Shown: piece after piece, positions 19,697-29,995 of the stretch
Layout of the letters: every line of letters begins with the position of its first letter
How positions within the stretch are numbered: position 1 is the first letter of the stretch
Source: Clostridiales bacterium GWD2_32_19
GTDB lineage: Bacteria > Bacillota > Clostridia > Lachnospirales > UBA12420
NCBI GenBank assembly: GCA_001795385.1
Contig: MGOU01000007.1
Coordinates: 673-64,672, forward strand
Length of the DNA: 64,000 bases
Direction of reading: 5' to 3'
Program-made: the position numbers and the translations under genes
The notes under the pieces: generated by a model
Told to the model about the DNA's origin: nothing
Database searches by the model: none
Seen by the model: only the letters and a program-made list of their open reading frames with translations

Positions 19697-19791
19697 TTGA
19701 AATAAACATGAAATCATTTTGTAATTATAAATAAAAATATAGAAAATATGGATAATCTGTAGGAAATTTAAATAAACAGGAGGAAAAGATA

Positions 19792-21366
19792 TTGAAATAT
19801 AATTTTAAAAAGTTATTCAAATATATATTGTTATTAATAATATTTTCGTTAGTCTTTGTAGGTTGTAATAATGATGGTAAAACAAATAAACAAGATAAAG
19901 AAAAGAGCACAAGCAAAACGAATGTATCTAAAATAGGTGGAGAGCTTATTATAGGGACTAAAGCACCGGAAACATTCAACCCATTGCTTAATATAGATGA
20001 AGATACAGATCAAGTATTGAAGTTAATATATGATACATTGGTAAATATTGACGAAAATATAAAGCCAGTTCCTAATATAGCAGAAAGTTGGAAAGTAAAT
20101 GATATAGGGACTGCAGTAAATATAAAGCTTAGAAATGATGTAATTTGGCATGACGGACAGAAATTAACGGCCGAAGATGTCATATATTCCATGGATACAA
20201 TTAGAAATGCAACAGCGTCATTGTATAAAAAGAATTTGAGAAATGTTATGTCATATGCAGTGATTGATGAATATAATTTGAAAATAGTTTATAATAAACC
20301 AGCGGCAGATATACCATACACATTATGTTTTCCGATAATTCCAAAGCATTATTATGACACGAAAGAAGTAGTGATTAATCCTTTGGGAAGTGGTAGATAT
20401 AAATTTACAAGTTATGAAGCACAAAAGCAAATAATCCTTGAGTTAAACGAGAAATATATTAATAATGCTGGATATATAAAGAAAATTACGGCAAAGATCA
20501 TGAAAGATAAAACAGTAGAAGAAGAGGCTTTTAAACAAAATCAAATAGACTTTATATATACCGATAAATTAAATATGCAAAAATATGCAAGTGATAAAAA
20601 ATCTAGACAGTTTACATCTCTGACAATGTATTACGATTTTGTGGGATTTAACTTTAATAACCAGTATTTAAAAGATAAAAAAATGAGACAAGCAGTAGCA
20701 TATAGCATAAATAAAAATGAATATTTAGATAAGTATTATCTAGGATTTGCAGATATAGCAGATACACCTGTACATCCAAAATCATGGTTATATTTAAAGG
20801 ATGTTGTAAAATATAATTATGATAAGGGACGTGCTGAAAAATTAGTAACTGAAGTATTAAAAGATAAAAAAGATAAAGTTAAATTAAGACTACTAGTCAA
20901 TGAAGAAAATTACCAAAGAATGAATATAGCAAACAGCTTAAAGTCAGAGCTTGACAGTATAGGATTTGATGTGGTAGTAGAAAAGTACAAAATAGATGAA
21001 TATATGCAAAAGGTAGATGCCGGAAATTTTGATATTTTGCTAGGTGGGTGGAAATTTTCAAAGTTTCAAGATTTTACATTCATGTTTAACTCAGAAGAAG
21101 CTGATGTAGGTAAAAATTATGGTGGCTACAAGGATGCTCAGACAGATTTGCTTTTAGAAAAAACATTTCTATCATTTCAAGAGGAAGATATGAGAGTAGC
21201 ATATAAAGAATTACAAAAACATATACATGATGAACTTCCATATGTAAGTATAGCATTTAGGAAAAATATTATTTATACAAATCCAAAACTAAAAGGCGAA
21301 CTAAAGCCGCTAGAGTGGAATATCTTTAACAACATAGAAGAATGTAGTATTGATGTTATAAAGTGA
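19792..21366 (+). CDS. family 5 (peptide/nickel) ABC substrate-binding lipoprotein
   Basis: Lipobox FVGC; FNPL, LRNDVIWHDGQKLTAEDV, PLGSGRYK, RQAVAY. Confidence 0.92.
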   Translation: MKYNFKKLFKYILLLIIFSLVFVGCNNDGKTNKQDKEKSTSKTNVSKIGGELIIGTKAPETFNPLLNIDEDTDQVLKLIYDTLVNIDENIKPVPNIAESWKVNDIGTAVNIKLRNDVIWHDGQKLTAEDVIYSMDTIRNATASLYKKNLRNVMSYAVIDEYNLKIVYNKPAADIPYTLCFPIIPKHYYDTKEVVINPLGSGRYKFTSYEAQKQIILELNEKYINNAGYIKKITAKIMKDKTVEEEAFKQNQIDFIYTDKLNMQKYASDKKSRQFTSLTMYYDFVGFNFNNQYLKDKKMRQAVAYSINKNEYLDKYYLGFADIADTPVHPKSWLYLKDVVKYNYDKGRAEKLVTEVLKDKKDKVKLRLLVNEENYQRMNIANSLKSELDSIGFDVVVEKYKIDEYMQKVDAGNFDILLGGWKFSKFQDFTFMFNSEEADVGKNYGGYKDAQTDLLLEKTFLSFQEEDMRVAYKELQKHIHDELPYVSIAFRKNIIYTNPKLKGELKPLEWNIFNNIEECSIDVIK

Positions 21367-21397
21367 TGAAAAACAAAAACCGGGGGGTTGGAGAAAA

Positions 21398-22864
21398 ATG
21401 AATAAGAAATTAAAAATTTTGTATGTATCTTCAGAGATGGATCCTTTTGTAAAAACAGGTGGACTAGCTGATGTGGCAGGAGCATTGCCAAAAACAATAG
21501 CACATGAAAATTGTGATATAAGAGTAGTTATTCCAAAATATAGCGCTATAGATGAAAAATATAAAAAAGATATGAAACATGTGGTTGATCATTCTGTGCA
21601 TCTAGATTGGAGAACTCAAGAGTCAAGTGTATTTGAGTATGACTATAAAGAACAAGAACAAGATAAAGAATTAAAATGCTACTTTATTGGTAATGATTAT
21701 TATTTTGATAGATGGAATGTTTATGGTGAATATGATGATGCTGAAAGATTTGGTTTCTTTGCGAGAGCAGTACTTGAAATGCTACCCAAAATAGGTTTTC
21801 AACCAGACATAATTCACTGTAATGACTGGCAAACAGGTATTATATGTTTATTATTAAATGATCAATACAAATTCGATGAGTTTTACACGAACATGAAAAC
21901 GGTTTTCTCAATACACAACATGAGATATCAAGGAAACTTTCCAGCAGAAGTCTTAAATATAATAGGACTTAATCATGGATATAATAATCCCGATTCAATT
22001 GAATTCTACGGCGGAATAAGCTATATGAAGGCAGGACTGAAATACGCTGACATAATAACAACTGTAAGCGGAACATATGCAAAAGAAATTCAAATGGTGG
22101 AATATGGATATGGAATGGATGGGCTTATTAGAAAAAGAAATGATGCGTTATACGGAATAATAAACGGAGTAGATTATAAAAAATTTAATCCAGAAGTGGA
22201 TAAAAACATATATGAAAATTATAATAAAGATAGCTTGAATATTAAAAAACATAATAAAGAAAGATTGCAAGAGGAACTGGGGTTACCAAAAAGAGATGTA
22301 CCGATGATAGGATTTGCGTCAAGGCTTACAGAGCAAAAAGGAATGAGACTTATTGATGAAGCAATGGAAGATTTAATGAGCTTAGATATACAATTGGTTC
22401 TTGTGGGTACAGGTGAATGGCATTTTGAAGAAATGTTTAGATATATGCAATCAAGATGGCCAGAAAAAGTAAGTGCAAATATTAAATTTGATGAACCTCT
22501 AGCACAAAAGATACAGGCAGCAAGTGACATGTATTTAGTACCATCATTATTTGAACCATGCGGACTAACACAACTATATGCATACAAGTATGGGTCGGTT
22601 CCTATTGTTAGAAAAACGGGCGGTCTTGCAGATACTGTATGGCATTACAATCTACATGAAAAATCAGGAACAGGATTTACATTCGATAACTATAATTCAT
22701 GGGAAATGATGAATACAATAAAATATGCAGTAGATGTATATAATAATTATCAGGGTGATTGGATAGAACTAGTAAGAAAAAACATGGACATGGATTTTTC
22801 ATGGACAAGCTCAGCAAAGAAATATATAGCATTATATAAAAAAATAAGTCAGGATAATAAGTAG
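21398..22864 (+). CDS. glgA: glycogen synthase
   Basis: KTGGLADV, HCNDWQT, GIINGVD, PSLFEPCGLTQL. Confidence 0.96.
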   Translation: MNKKLKILYVSSEMDPFVKTGGLADVAGALPKTIAHENCDIRVVIPKYSAIDEKYKKDMKHVVDHSVHLDWRTQESSVFEYDYKEQEQDKELKCYFIGNDYYFDRWNVYGEYDDAERFGFFARAVLEMLPKIGFQPDIIHCNDWQTGIICLLLNDQYKFDEFYTNMKTVFSIHNMRYQGNFPAEVLNIIGLNHGYNNPDSIEFYGGISYMKAGLKYADIITTVSGTYAKEIQMVEYGYGMDGLIRKRNDALYGIINGVDYKKFNPEVDKNIYENYNKDSLNIKKHNKERLQEELGLPKRDVPMIGFASRLTEQKGMRLIDEAMEDLMSLDIQLVLVGTGEWHFEEMFRYMQSRWPEKVSANIKFDEPLAQKIQAASDMYLVPSLFEPCGLTQLYAYKYGSVPIVRKTGGLADTVWHYNLHEKSGTGFTFDNYNSWEMMNTIKYAVDVYNNYQGDWIELVRKNMDMDFSWTSSAKKYIALYKKISQDNK

Positions 22865-22872
22865 AATAACAC

Positions 22873-22914
22873 AAAACAAAAAAATTCAAGCAAAAGGCTT
22901 GAATTTTTTGTTTT
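22873..22914 (+). terminator. intrinsic terminator after glgA
   Basis: aaaaaattcaagc-aaaag-gcttgaatttttt. Confidence 0.8.
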
Positions 22915-23119
22915 ATTTAGTTATAATAATGGAAATAGATAGCATATTTTATTATTTAATAGTTAAAATAATAGAAGATTTATCCCACAGTTAGTCATCT
23001 TGAGGAGATGGAAATTAGAGTAGAAAGTTTAATGAAAATGGATGAAAAGTCTTAAAATATAAGGAACTCTGAATTCGGAAATCAGTTAGAGTTAAAGAAG
23101 TTAAGGAGAGGGTGGATTT

Positions 23120-25132
23120 ATGAATGAACAAGATAATAATCTAATATTTGGTCTGGATATAGGTACTAGGACTGTTGTAGGAGTTGTAGGATATAAAAGA
23201 GAGAAAAATTTTGAAGTTATAGCTATGGATATTGAGGAACATGATTCAAGAGCCATGGTAGATGGACAAATACATGATATATCGGAAGTTGCGAAAGCGG
23301 TAAGGCGTGTAAAAGAAAGGCTAGAGGCCAAAATAGGATGTGAATTGAAAGAAGTAGCAATTGCTGCTGCTGGACGAAGTCTTAAAACATACTCTGTAAA
23401 AGCAGAAAACGAAATAGATACGATAAAAATTACTAACAAACATATAAGAATGCTTGAAATTGACGGAGTTACGCTTGCTGAGGAAAAACTAAAACAGGAA
23501 TTAAATGATAATGATTTAGAATATTTTTGTGTTGCGCATACAGTTGTAAATTATTATTTAGATGGATATGTTATTACTAATTTAGAAGGTCATAGAGGTA
23601 AATTAATATCAGCAGTGGTCTTGGCAACATTCTTACCAAAGTCGGTTGTTGACAGTCTTTATGCAGTTGTAAATAGAGTAGGATTAAATGTAACAACGCT
23701 AACACTTGAACCAATTGCAGCTATAAATGTGGTTATACCTGAAAAATTAAGATTACTTAATTTATGCTTGCTCGATGTAGGAGCTGGCACATCGGATATA
23801 GCAATAACAAGGGATGGAAGTATAACTGCATATGGGATGATACCGATTGCAGGAGACGAAATCACTGAACAGCTAATTCATCATTATCTTGTGGATTTTT
23901 CGACAGCAGAAAAAATGAAAATAGATTGCTCGAAAGAAGAAAATATAACCTTTGCAGATATTTTTGCAACAATAATAACAGTCCCAAAAGGAGAAATACT
24001 AAAACTTTTGGAACCGACTATACAAGAATTAGCAGATAAGGTAGCAAACAAAATTGTTGAGTTAAACGCAGGTAAAGCTCCTAACGCAGTGTTTTGTGTT
24101 GGAGGAGGGGGACAAGTACCAGGATTTACAAAAAAGCTAGCCAAGTTCCTCGCTTTGCAAGATGATAGGGTTGTTTTAAAAAGTAGCAAGTCAATAGACA
24201 ATATAGAATATAAATCTGACTATTTAGAAGGCACAAACATAGTAACTCCAATTGGTATATGTGTAACTTCAGTGCAGCAAAAAGGGTATAATTTTATAGA
24301 AGTCAAGTTAAATGGAGAGACAGTAAGACTATTAAATTCTAGAAAATTAAAAATACTTGATGCAGGGATTGTAAAAGAATTTAATCACGAAAATCTTATA
24401 GGCAGGAAAGGCAAGGATTTAAAATTTATTTTAAATGGTAAACCAAAGAAGATTACAGGAGAAATGGGAGAGCAAGCTGAGATATTATTAAATGGCAAAG
24501 TAGCGGATCTTGAAACTTTTATAAAAGAAGGGGACAATATAAAGATAAAGCCAGCCAAAAATGGTATTGATGCAAAGGTTGTTATTTCTGATTTGATAGA
24601 CTCAGATGATATATGCTATATAATGTTTAACGATCATGATGTAAAGGTAAGGTCGAATGTTAAAATAAACAAAATGACAGTTGACGCAAGTATGCGGGTT
24701 GAAGAAGATGATGAAGTAGTTATAACGAAAATTAAAACAGTAGAAGATTTATGTAAACAGCAAGGGATACAGTATGAAAGCAAAAGCATATATATGAATA
24801 ACAAGAAGATAGATATTCATCACCATATTAAAGAAGGAGATTGTATATACATAGAGGACCAGACTATAGAAAATGTTAAAAACCAAAATATTATTGAAAA
24901 AGGTTTTACAAAATCTAATAATAATGCTATAATTATTCTTAATAATGAATTAATTGAATTAAATTTAAATAAAACGCCATACATGTTTGTCGATTTATTT
25001 AATTATATTGACATTGACACAGCAAATAAAAAAGGTAAATTAGAAATGAAACTTAATAAAGAAAATGTTTTATTAACAGATATTATAAAAGATGGTGACA
25101 TAGCTGATATAAAATGGGTTGAAGATAATTGA
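23120..25132 (+). CDS. FtsA/PilM-like actin-fold ATPase with C-terminal beta-grasp (ThiS/ubiquitin-like) repeats
   Basis: GLDIGTR, LEPIAA, LDVGAGTSD, VGGGG; four N...I(K/E)xGDxI-type repeats in the C-terminal third. Confidence 0.82.
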   Translation: MNEQDNNLIFGLDIGTRTVVGVVGYKREKNFEVIAMDIEEHDSRAMVDGQIHDISEVAKAVRRVKERLEAKIGCELKEVAIAAAGRSLKTYSVKAENEIDTIKITNKHIRMLEIDGVTLAEEKLKQELNDNDLEYFCVAHTVVNYYLDGYVITNLEGHRGKLISAVVLATFLPKSVVDSLYAVVNRVGLNVTTLTLEPIAAINVVIPEKLRLLNLCLLDVGAGTSDIAITRDGSITAYGMIPIAGDEITEQLIHHYLVDFSTAEKMKIDCSKEENITFADIFATIITVPKGEILKLLEPTIQELADKVANKIVELNAGKAPNAVFCVGGGGQVPGFTKKLAKFLALQDDRVVLKSSKSIDNIEYKSDYLEGTNIVTPIGICVTSVQQKGYNFIEVKLNGETVRLLNSRKLKILDAGIVKEFNHENLIGRKGKDLKFILNGKPKKITGEMGEQAEILLNGKVADLETFIKEGDNIKIKPAKNGIDAKVVISDLIDSDDICYIMFNDHDVKVRSNVKINKMTVDASMRVEEDDEVVITKIKTVEDLCKQQGIQYESKSIYMNNKKIDIHHHIKEGDCIYIEDQTIENVKNQNIIEKGFTKSNNNAIIILNNELIELNLNKTPYMFVDLFNYIDIDTANKKGKLEMKLNKENVLLTDIIKDGDIADIKWVEDN

Positions 25133-25198
25133 AAATGAAATAGCAAACAGTAATTCTTTAATTTTTAATTATTAATAGTGCTTTCTAGGGGGGATAAT

Positions 25199-26869
25199 AT
25201 GCAAAAGATCATTAGTTTTGAGAAAAGGTATACAGTAGGACATATGTTTTTTTTACTTGTAATAAATATAATATATAGTGTTTTTTTTCAACCATTAACT
25301 AACTACAATGACTTGTTTTTTATAGCAATAGTAAGCAGTTGGGGAATATTGATTGTAAAGACATTTATATTAGAAAAAGAAGACTGGATAAAGTGGATAG
25401 TAGATAAAAAACTATATAATTTATTAAAATTGACTGAACTTATAATGGTATCACTTCTTATTGTATCAGCAAGGGAATTCAAACTTGAATTAAGCTTGCT
25501 ATATTTAGTTATAATAATTGAAGCATATATTGCAAATGAAGATTTAGAAGAACCTGTGTACAAGTTTTTCTACTTGTTGCCATTTATATTCACAAATATA
25601 ATATATGAAGGAACAAATTTGCTTCAAACGAATAAAATACTTTATTTTATATTTGGAATAGCTGTGTTTTTAGGAGTTCAATATATATTGGATTTAAACA
25701 TAAAAGAAGTCAAACGAAAGTTAAATGAAAATAAAATACTAATAAAAGAAAAAAATACTAAAAATGAAGAATTGATAAGCTCTCAAGAGACGCTGCAAGA
25801 ATTAAATGAAAAGTTGAAGGGACAAAAATTAGAATTAGAAAAAGCTACAGAAGAATATAGAAAAAAAGCAGCAGAATTTTATGTTCTAAATGAAATAGGC
25901 AAATTTTTGGGAAAATCGCTAGAAGTGGAAAAATTACTCGGCGGTGTTGTTGATGTGTTAAGTGGCGTGATGGGTGTAGACATGTGTTGCATAGTTTTGT
26001 ATCCAGAAGGAAATTATGATAAAAAAGATGTGTCTTTTCATATAAAAACTGTATATGACAAAAAAACTACTGACATAATAAGACAAAAAATAGAATCTGG
26101 AGTACTTAGTTTCTTAATGGATAACAGAGATATATATATAGATAATGAAGTTGCACAAACCAAAAACTTGTTCTTTGAAAATCGTGAAGTGGGATCTTTT
26201 GCGGCAGTTCCTCTATATAAAGGGGATACAACCTATGGTCTTGTGCTTTTAGAACAAAAGTACAAAAATTATTTTTATAAGACAATAGTTGATTTACTAA
26301 AGTCTGTAGCAAATCAAATAGTGCTATCAATAGAAAATGCTAAACTTTATGAATCAGTTGAGGAATTAGCTATAAAAGACAATCTAACAAAGGCATATAA
26401 TAGAACTTATATGCAAAAAGTATTCTTTAAAATGCTTAAAGAAGCAGAAGAATCTAAAGAGCCTGTAGCAGTATCAATGTTTGATATAGATCATTTTAAG
26501 CATGTAAACGATACATATGGACATTTGTTTGGTGATAAAGTACTTAAGACGGTTGCTAAGACAGTACAGGCACATGTGGACAAATATAACGGTATAGTAA
26601 TAAGGTATGGTGGAGAAGAATTCTTAGTATTGTTGCCAAATAAAAATTCAGAACAAGCATATAAAATATTTGAATCTTTAAGGGAAGAAATAGAAAATAC
26701 GGAACTAGTAGAAGGAGTAGTAAGAACTCATATAACTGTAAGTTTTGGAGTAACTACATATCCTGAGTTAGTAACAGATAAAGATATGGTAGTAGGGTCT
26801 GCAGATAATGCAGTGTATAAAGCGAAAGAAAGTGGAAGAAATAAAGTTGTTCTTGCGAAGAAGGAATAA
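25199..26869 (+). CDS. membrane GAF + GGDEF diguanylate cyclase
   Basis: TM N-terminus, coiled coil, GAF, DIDHFKHVNDTYGH, RYGGEEF. Confidence 0.93.
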   Translation: MQKIISFEKRYTVGHMFFLLVINIIYSVFFQPLTNYNDLFFIAIVSSWGILIVKTFILEKEDWIKWIVDKKLYNLLKLTELIMVSLLIVSAREFKLELSLLYLVIIIEAYIANEDLEEPVYKFFYLLPFIFTNIIYEGTNLLQTNKILYFIFGIAVFLGVQYILDLNIKEVKRKLNENKILIKEKNTKNEELISSQETLQELNEKLKGQKLELEKATEEYRKKAAEFYVLNEIGKFLGKSLEVEKLLGGVVDVLSGVMGVDMCCIVLYPEGNYDKKDVSFHIKTVYDKKTTDIIRQKIESGVLSFLMDNRDIYIDNEVAQTKNLFFENREVGSFAAVPLYKGDTTYGLVLLEQKYKNYFYKTIVDLLKSVANQIVLSIENAKLYESVEELAIKDNLTKAYNRTYMQKVFFKMLKEAEESKEPVAVSMFDIDHFKHVNDTYGHLFGDKVLKTVAKTVQAHVDKYNGIVIRYGGEEFLVLLPNKNSEQAYKIFESLREEIENTELVEGVVRTHITVSFGVTTYPELVTDKDMVVGSADNAVYKAKESGRNKVVLAKKE

Positions 26870-26881
26870 ATGGTTGTGGGG

Positions 26882-26924
26882 GAAACAAGAAAAAGCAAGC
26901 AATGGGTTTGCTTTTTCTTGTTTT
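26882..26924 (+). terminator. intrinsic terminator
   Basis: gaaacaagaaaaagcaagc / gtttgctttttcttgtttt. Confidence 0.75.
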
Positions 26925-26958
26925 CAGTATAATTTGTTAACATAAGGAGTTGAGGTTT

Positions 26959-28695
26959 ATGAAGACATTGTTGGTCGCTATTAATAGTAAGTTTATACAT
27001 TCTGGTATGGGTGTTCATTGCATAAAGGCATATGTGGAGGATCATGGTGAAAGTGTTGAGATTGGTGAGTATACTATAAATAATAATGAGGATATGATTG
27101 TACAGGATATATATAAGCGAAAACCTGATTTGTTAGGGTTTTCTTGTTATATATGGAATATTGATATTGTGATGAAGGTGGTGAAGAATATCAATAAGGT
27201 TTTGCCTGATACTAAGATTTTTTTAGGTGGACCGGAGGTGTCTTTTGATGGGGAGAAGATACTTAGTGACAATCCAGAGGTAAGTGTTATAGTTTTAGGT
27301 GAGGGTGAAGAGAAGGTTTTAAAGCTAATTAGATCATGGAAACAAAAAGAGGATATAGCAGAGGTAGAAGGTGTCATATATAGGGAAGGAGATTGTATTT
27401 CGTGTAATGCGCCTACTAGTTATATGGATCTTGATAGTCTTGGGTTTATATATGAAGATAAATTGGATGATTTTGAGAATAAGATTATTTATTACGAGTC
27501 GTCAAGGGGATGTCCATATAGATGTAGCTATTGTCTTTCATCAGTAGATAAAAAGATACGATATCGGAGTCTAGAAAAAGTATTTAATGAGTTGAAAATA
27601 TTTTTAGATAATAAAATAAAGCAAGTAAAATTTGTAGATAGGACATTTAACTGTGATGGGGAAAGAGCAAAAAACATATGGCGGTATTTAAAAGAAAATG
27701 ATAATGGAGTTACGAATTTTCATTTTGAAATATCGGCCGATATATTGGACGAAGAAGCTATAAATATACTAAAAGATGTGAGAACTGGATACTTCCAATT
27801 TGAAATAGGAGTACAAACTACAAATACTGAAACGCTAAGTATAATAAATAGAAAAATGGATTTTAAGAAGATTTCTAAAAATGTAGGAATGATTAAGGCG
27901 AATGAAAATATTCATCTTCATTTAGACTTGATAGCAGGACTACCAAAAGAAGGGTATGAATCATTTAAAAAATCTTTCAATGATGTTTATTCTTTAAAAC
28001 CAGAAGAACTGCAACTCGGATTTTTAAAGGTCCTTAAAGGAACAGAGATGAGGGATGTTGCAAAAGAATATGGACTTATATATAAGGAAGAACCTCCATA
28101 TGAAATACTCTATACAGAGCACATGAACTTTGATGAAATATTAAGGCTAAAGATGGTTGAAGAAGTGTTGGAGATATATTATAACACAACTAGATTTGTA
28201 AATAGCGTGAAGTATTTAGAAGGTTTCAGCTCAACGCCTTTCGAATTTTATGAGACCCTTGCTGAATATTGGGAAGTGAAAGAATATAATAAATATAACC
28301 ATTCAGAAATGGAATTGTATACGATATTATATGAGTTTGGGTGTCGTGGAGTGGATAATTGTGAACTACTTATGGAACTCTTAAAGCTTGACATGTACAC
28401 ACACGAGAAACTTAAAAAATGTCCTGAATGGCTTACTACAAGTCTTACTGAAAGTAAAAAAGAAACTATATACGAATTTTATAAAAACCAACAAAATATA
28501 GAAAGATACCTATCTAAATATATTTCATATGATTCAAAGCAAATAAGTCGTATGGCACATATTGAGTGTTTTGAATATGATGTATTAGCATATGAAGAAA
28601 AAGGTGAGATACAAAGAAAAGAAATAATGATTTTGTTTAATTATAAAGATAGAGATAAATTAACACAACAGGCTAAAAAATACAATATAGTATGA
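26959..28695 (+). CDS. B12-binding radical SAM protein (DUF4080-type C-terminus)
   Basis: GFSCYIWN, LGGPEVS, SRGCPYRCSYC, KFVDRTFN, HLDLIAGLP. Confidence 0.92.
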   Translation: MKTLLVAINSKFIHSGMGVHCIKAYVEDHGESVEIGEYTINNNEDMIVQDIYKRKPDLLGFSCYIWNIDIVMKVVKNINKVLPDTKIFLGGPEVSFDGEKILSDNPEVSVIVLGEGEEKVLKLIRSWKQKEDIAEVEGVIYREGDCISCNAPTSYMDLDSLGFIYEDKLDDFENKIIYYESSRGCPYRCSYCLSSVDKKIRYRSLEKVFNELKIFLDNKIKQVKFVDRTFNCDGERAKNIWRYLKENDNGVTNFHFEISADILDEEAINILKDVRTGYFQFEIGVQTTNTETLSIINRKMDFKKISKNVGMIKANENIHLHLDLIAGLPKEGYESFKKSFNDVYSLKPEELQLGFLKVLKGTEMRDVAKEYGLIYKEEPPYEILYTEHMNFDEILRLKMVEEVLEIYYNTTRFVNSVKYLEGFSSTPFEFYETLAEYWEVKEYNKYNHSEMELYTILYEFGCRGVDNCELLMELLKLDMYTHEKLKKCPEWLTTSLTESKKETIYEFYKNQQNIERYLSKYISYDSKQISRMAHIECFEYDVLAYEEKGEIQRKEIMILFNYKDRDKLTQQAKKYNIV

Positions 28696-28795
28696 GGGAA
28701 TGTTTTATAAATTTATACATAATGAACTATTTGCACTAGTAATATTAGCATATAAACTTGCAAATTTTACAATTTTATATATATTTATATATTTA

Positions 28796-28823
28796 TTGAC
28801 ATAATTGTTTAAAGTGGTATAAT
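28796..28823 (+). promoter_or_regulatory. consensus sigma-A promoter of the FIST operon
   Basis: TTGACA-16-TATAAT with TGn extension. Confidence 0.75.
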
Positions 28824-28858
28824 GAACATAAGTATATTTTAAAATGGGGGGTAAGTCT

Positions 28859-29983
28859 ATGAAAATTGAACAATTGTCTTATGATTTAAATGTATTTAAA
28901 GGTGAAGTAACACTTGGGGATTTAGCTCAATGGGTATTAGTATTTGGAAATAGAAACTTGATTGGGGACACAAATATTTTCGATAAAATAAGAGGGATGT
29001 ACCCAAATGCTTATATTATGGGATGTTCTTCGTCTGGAGAAATAAGAGATAATATAGTTACTGATGAATCATTGGTTTTGACGGCGGTTTATTTAGAAAA
29101 GAGTAAGGTGGTATTTAGTAGCTTTGATCTTGAGAGTAGCAAAGACTCTTATGAGGTAGGTAAAAAGATTATTAATTCCATTGAAAGAGAGGAGCTTGTA
29201 CATTTATTTGTTTTGGCAGAAGGTATTAATATAAACGGAAGTAAATTGGTCGATGGCATGAGAACAGAGGCAGGGGTTGAAGTATCTATTACTGGAGGAC
29301 TTTCAGGCGACGGGGCTAATTTTAAAGAAACATGTATTTTAGCAAATGAGTATGCAAAGTCTAACAAAATAGTTGTTGCAGCTTTCTATGGAGAAATTAA
29401 AACAAGCTGTGCTTCTGTGGGTGGCTGGGATACCTTTGGTCCAGAGAGGTTGGTAACAAAGTCAGAAGATAATATTTTGTATGAGATGGACGGTAAACCA
29501 GCACTTGATTTGTATAAAGAGTATCTAGGTGATTTAGCTTCTGAGCTTCCATCTAGCGGTTTGTTATTTCCTTTGTCTCTAAGAGATAAGGATTCAGAAT
29601 TTAGCTATGTAAGGACTATTCTTGGTATCAATGAAGAAGATAAATCGTTAATTTTCGCAGGTGATATTCCCAAAAATATATATTGTAGATTAATGAAAGC
29701 AAACAATGATAATTTGATTAATGGTTCTAAGCAAGCAGGTGAGTTTAGTTTAGAGACATTTGATTCAGAAAGTGCTGAGTTGGCAATATTGGTAAGTTGC
29801 GTTGGAAGAAAGTTAGTATTAAAACAAATGGTAGATGAAGAAGTTGACATTGTAAAAGAAACTTTTGGAGATAAAACAAGTATTACTGGATTTTACTCAT
29901 ATGGTGAAATTTCACCATACAAGAAAGGGACACAATGTGAATTGCATAACCAGACAATGACTGTAACTCTTTTTTCGGAGTAA
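28859..29983 (+). CDS. FIST (NosP-like) sensor protein
   Basis: GCSSSGEI, GGLSGD, SCVGRK, GFYSYGEI, LHNQTM. Confidence 0.93.
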   Translation: MKIEQLSYDLNVFKGEVTLGDLAQWVLVFGNRNLIGDTNIFDKIRGMYPNAYIMGCSSSGEIRDNIVTDESLVLTAVYLEKSKVVFSSFDLESSKDSYEVGKKIINSIEREELVHLFVLAEGININGSKLVDGMRTEAGVEVSITGGLSGDGANFKETCILANEYAKSNKIVVAAFYGEIKTSCASVGGWDTFGPERLVTKSEDNILYEMDGKPALDLYKEYLGDLASELPSSGLLFPLSLRDKDSEFSYVRTILGINEEDKSLIFAGDIPKNIYCRLMKANNDNLINGSKQAGEFSLETFDSESAELAILVSCVGRKLVLKQMVDEEVDIVKETFGDKTSITGFYSYGEISPYKKGTQCELHNQTMTVTLFSE

Positions 29984-29995
29984 GGGGATGATGAA

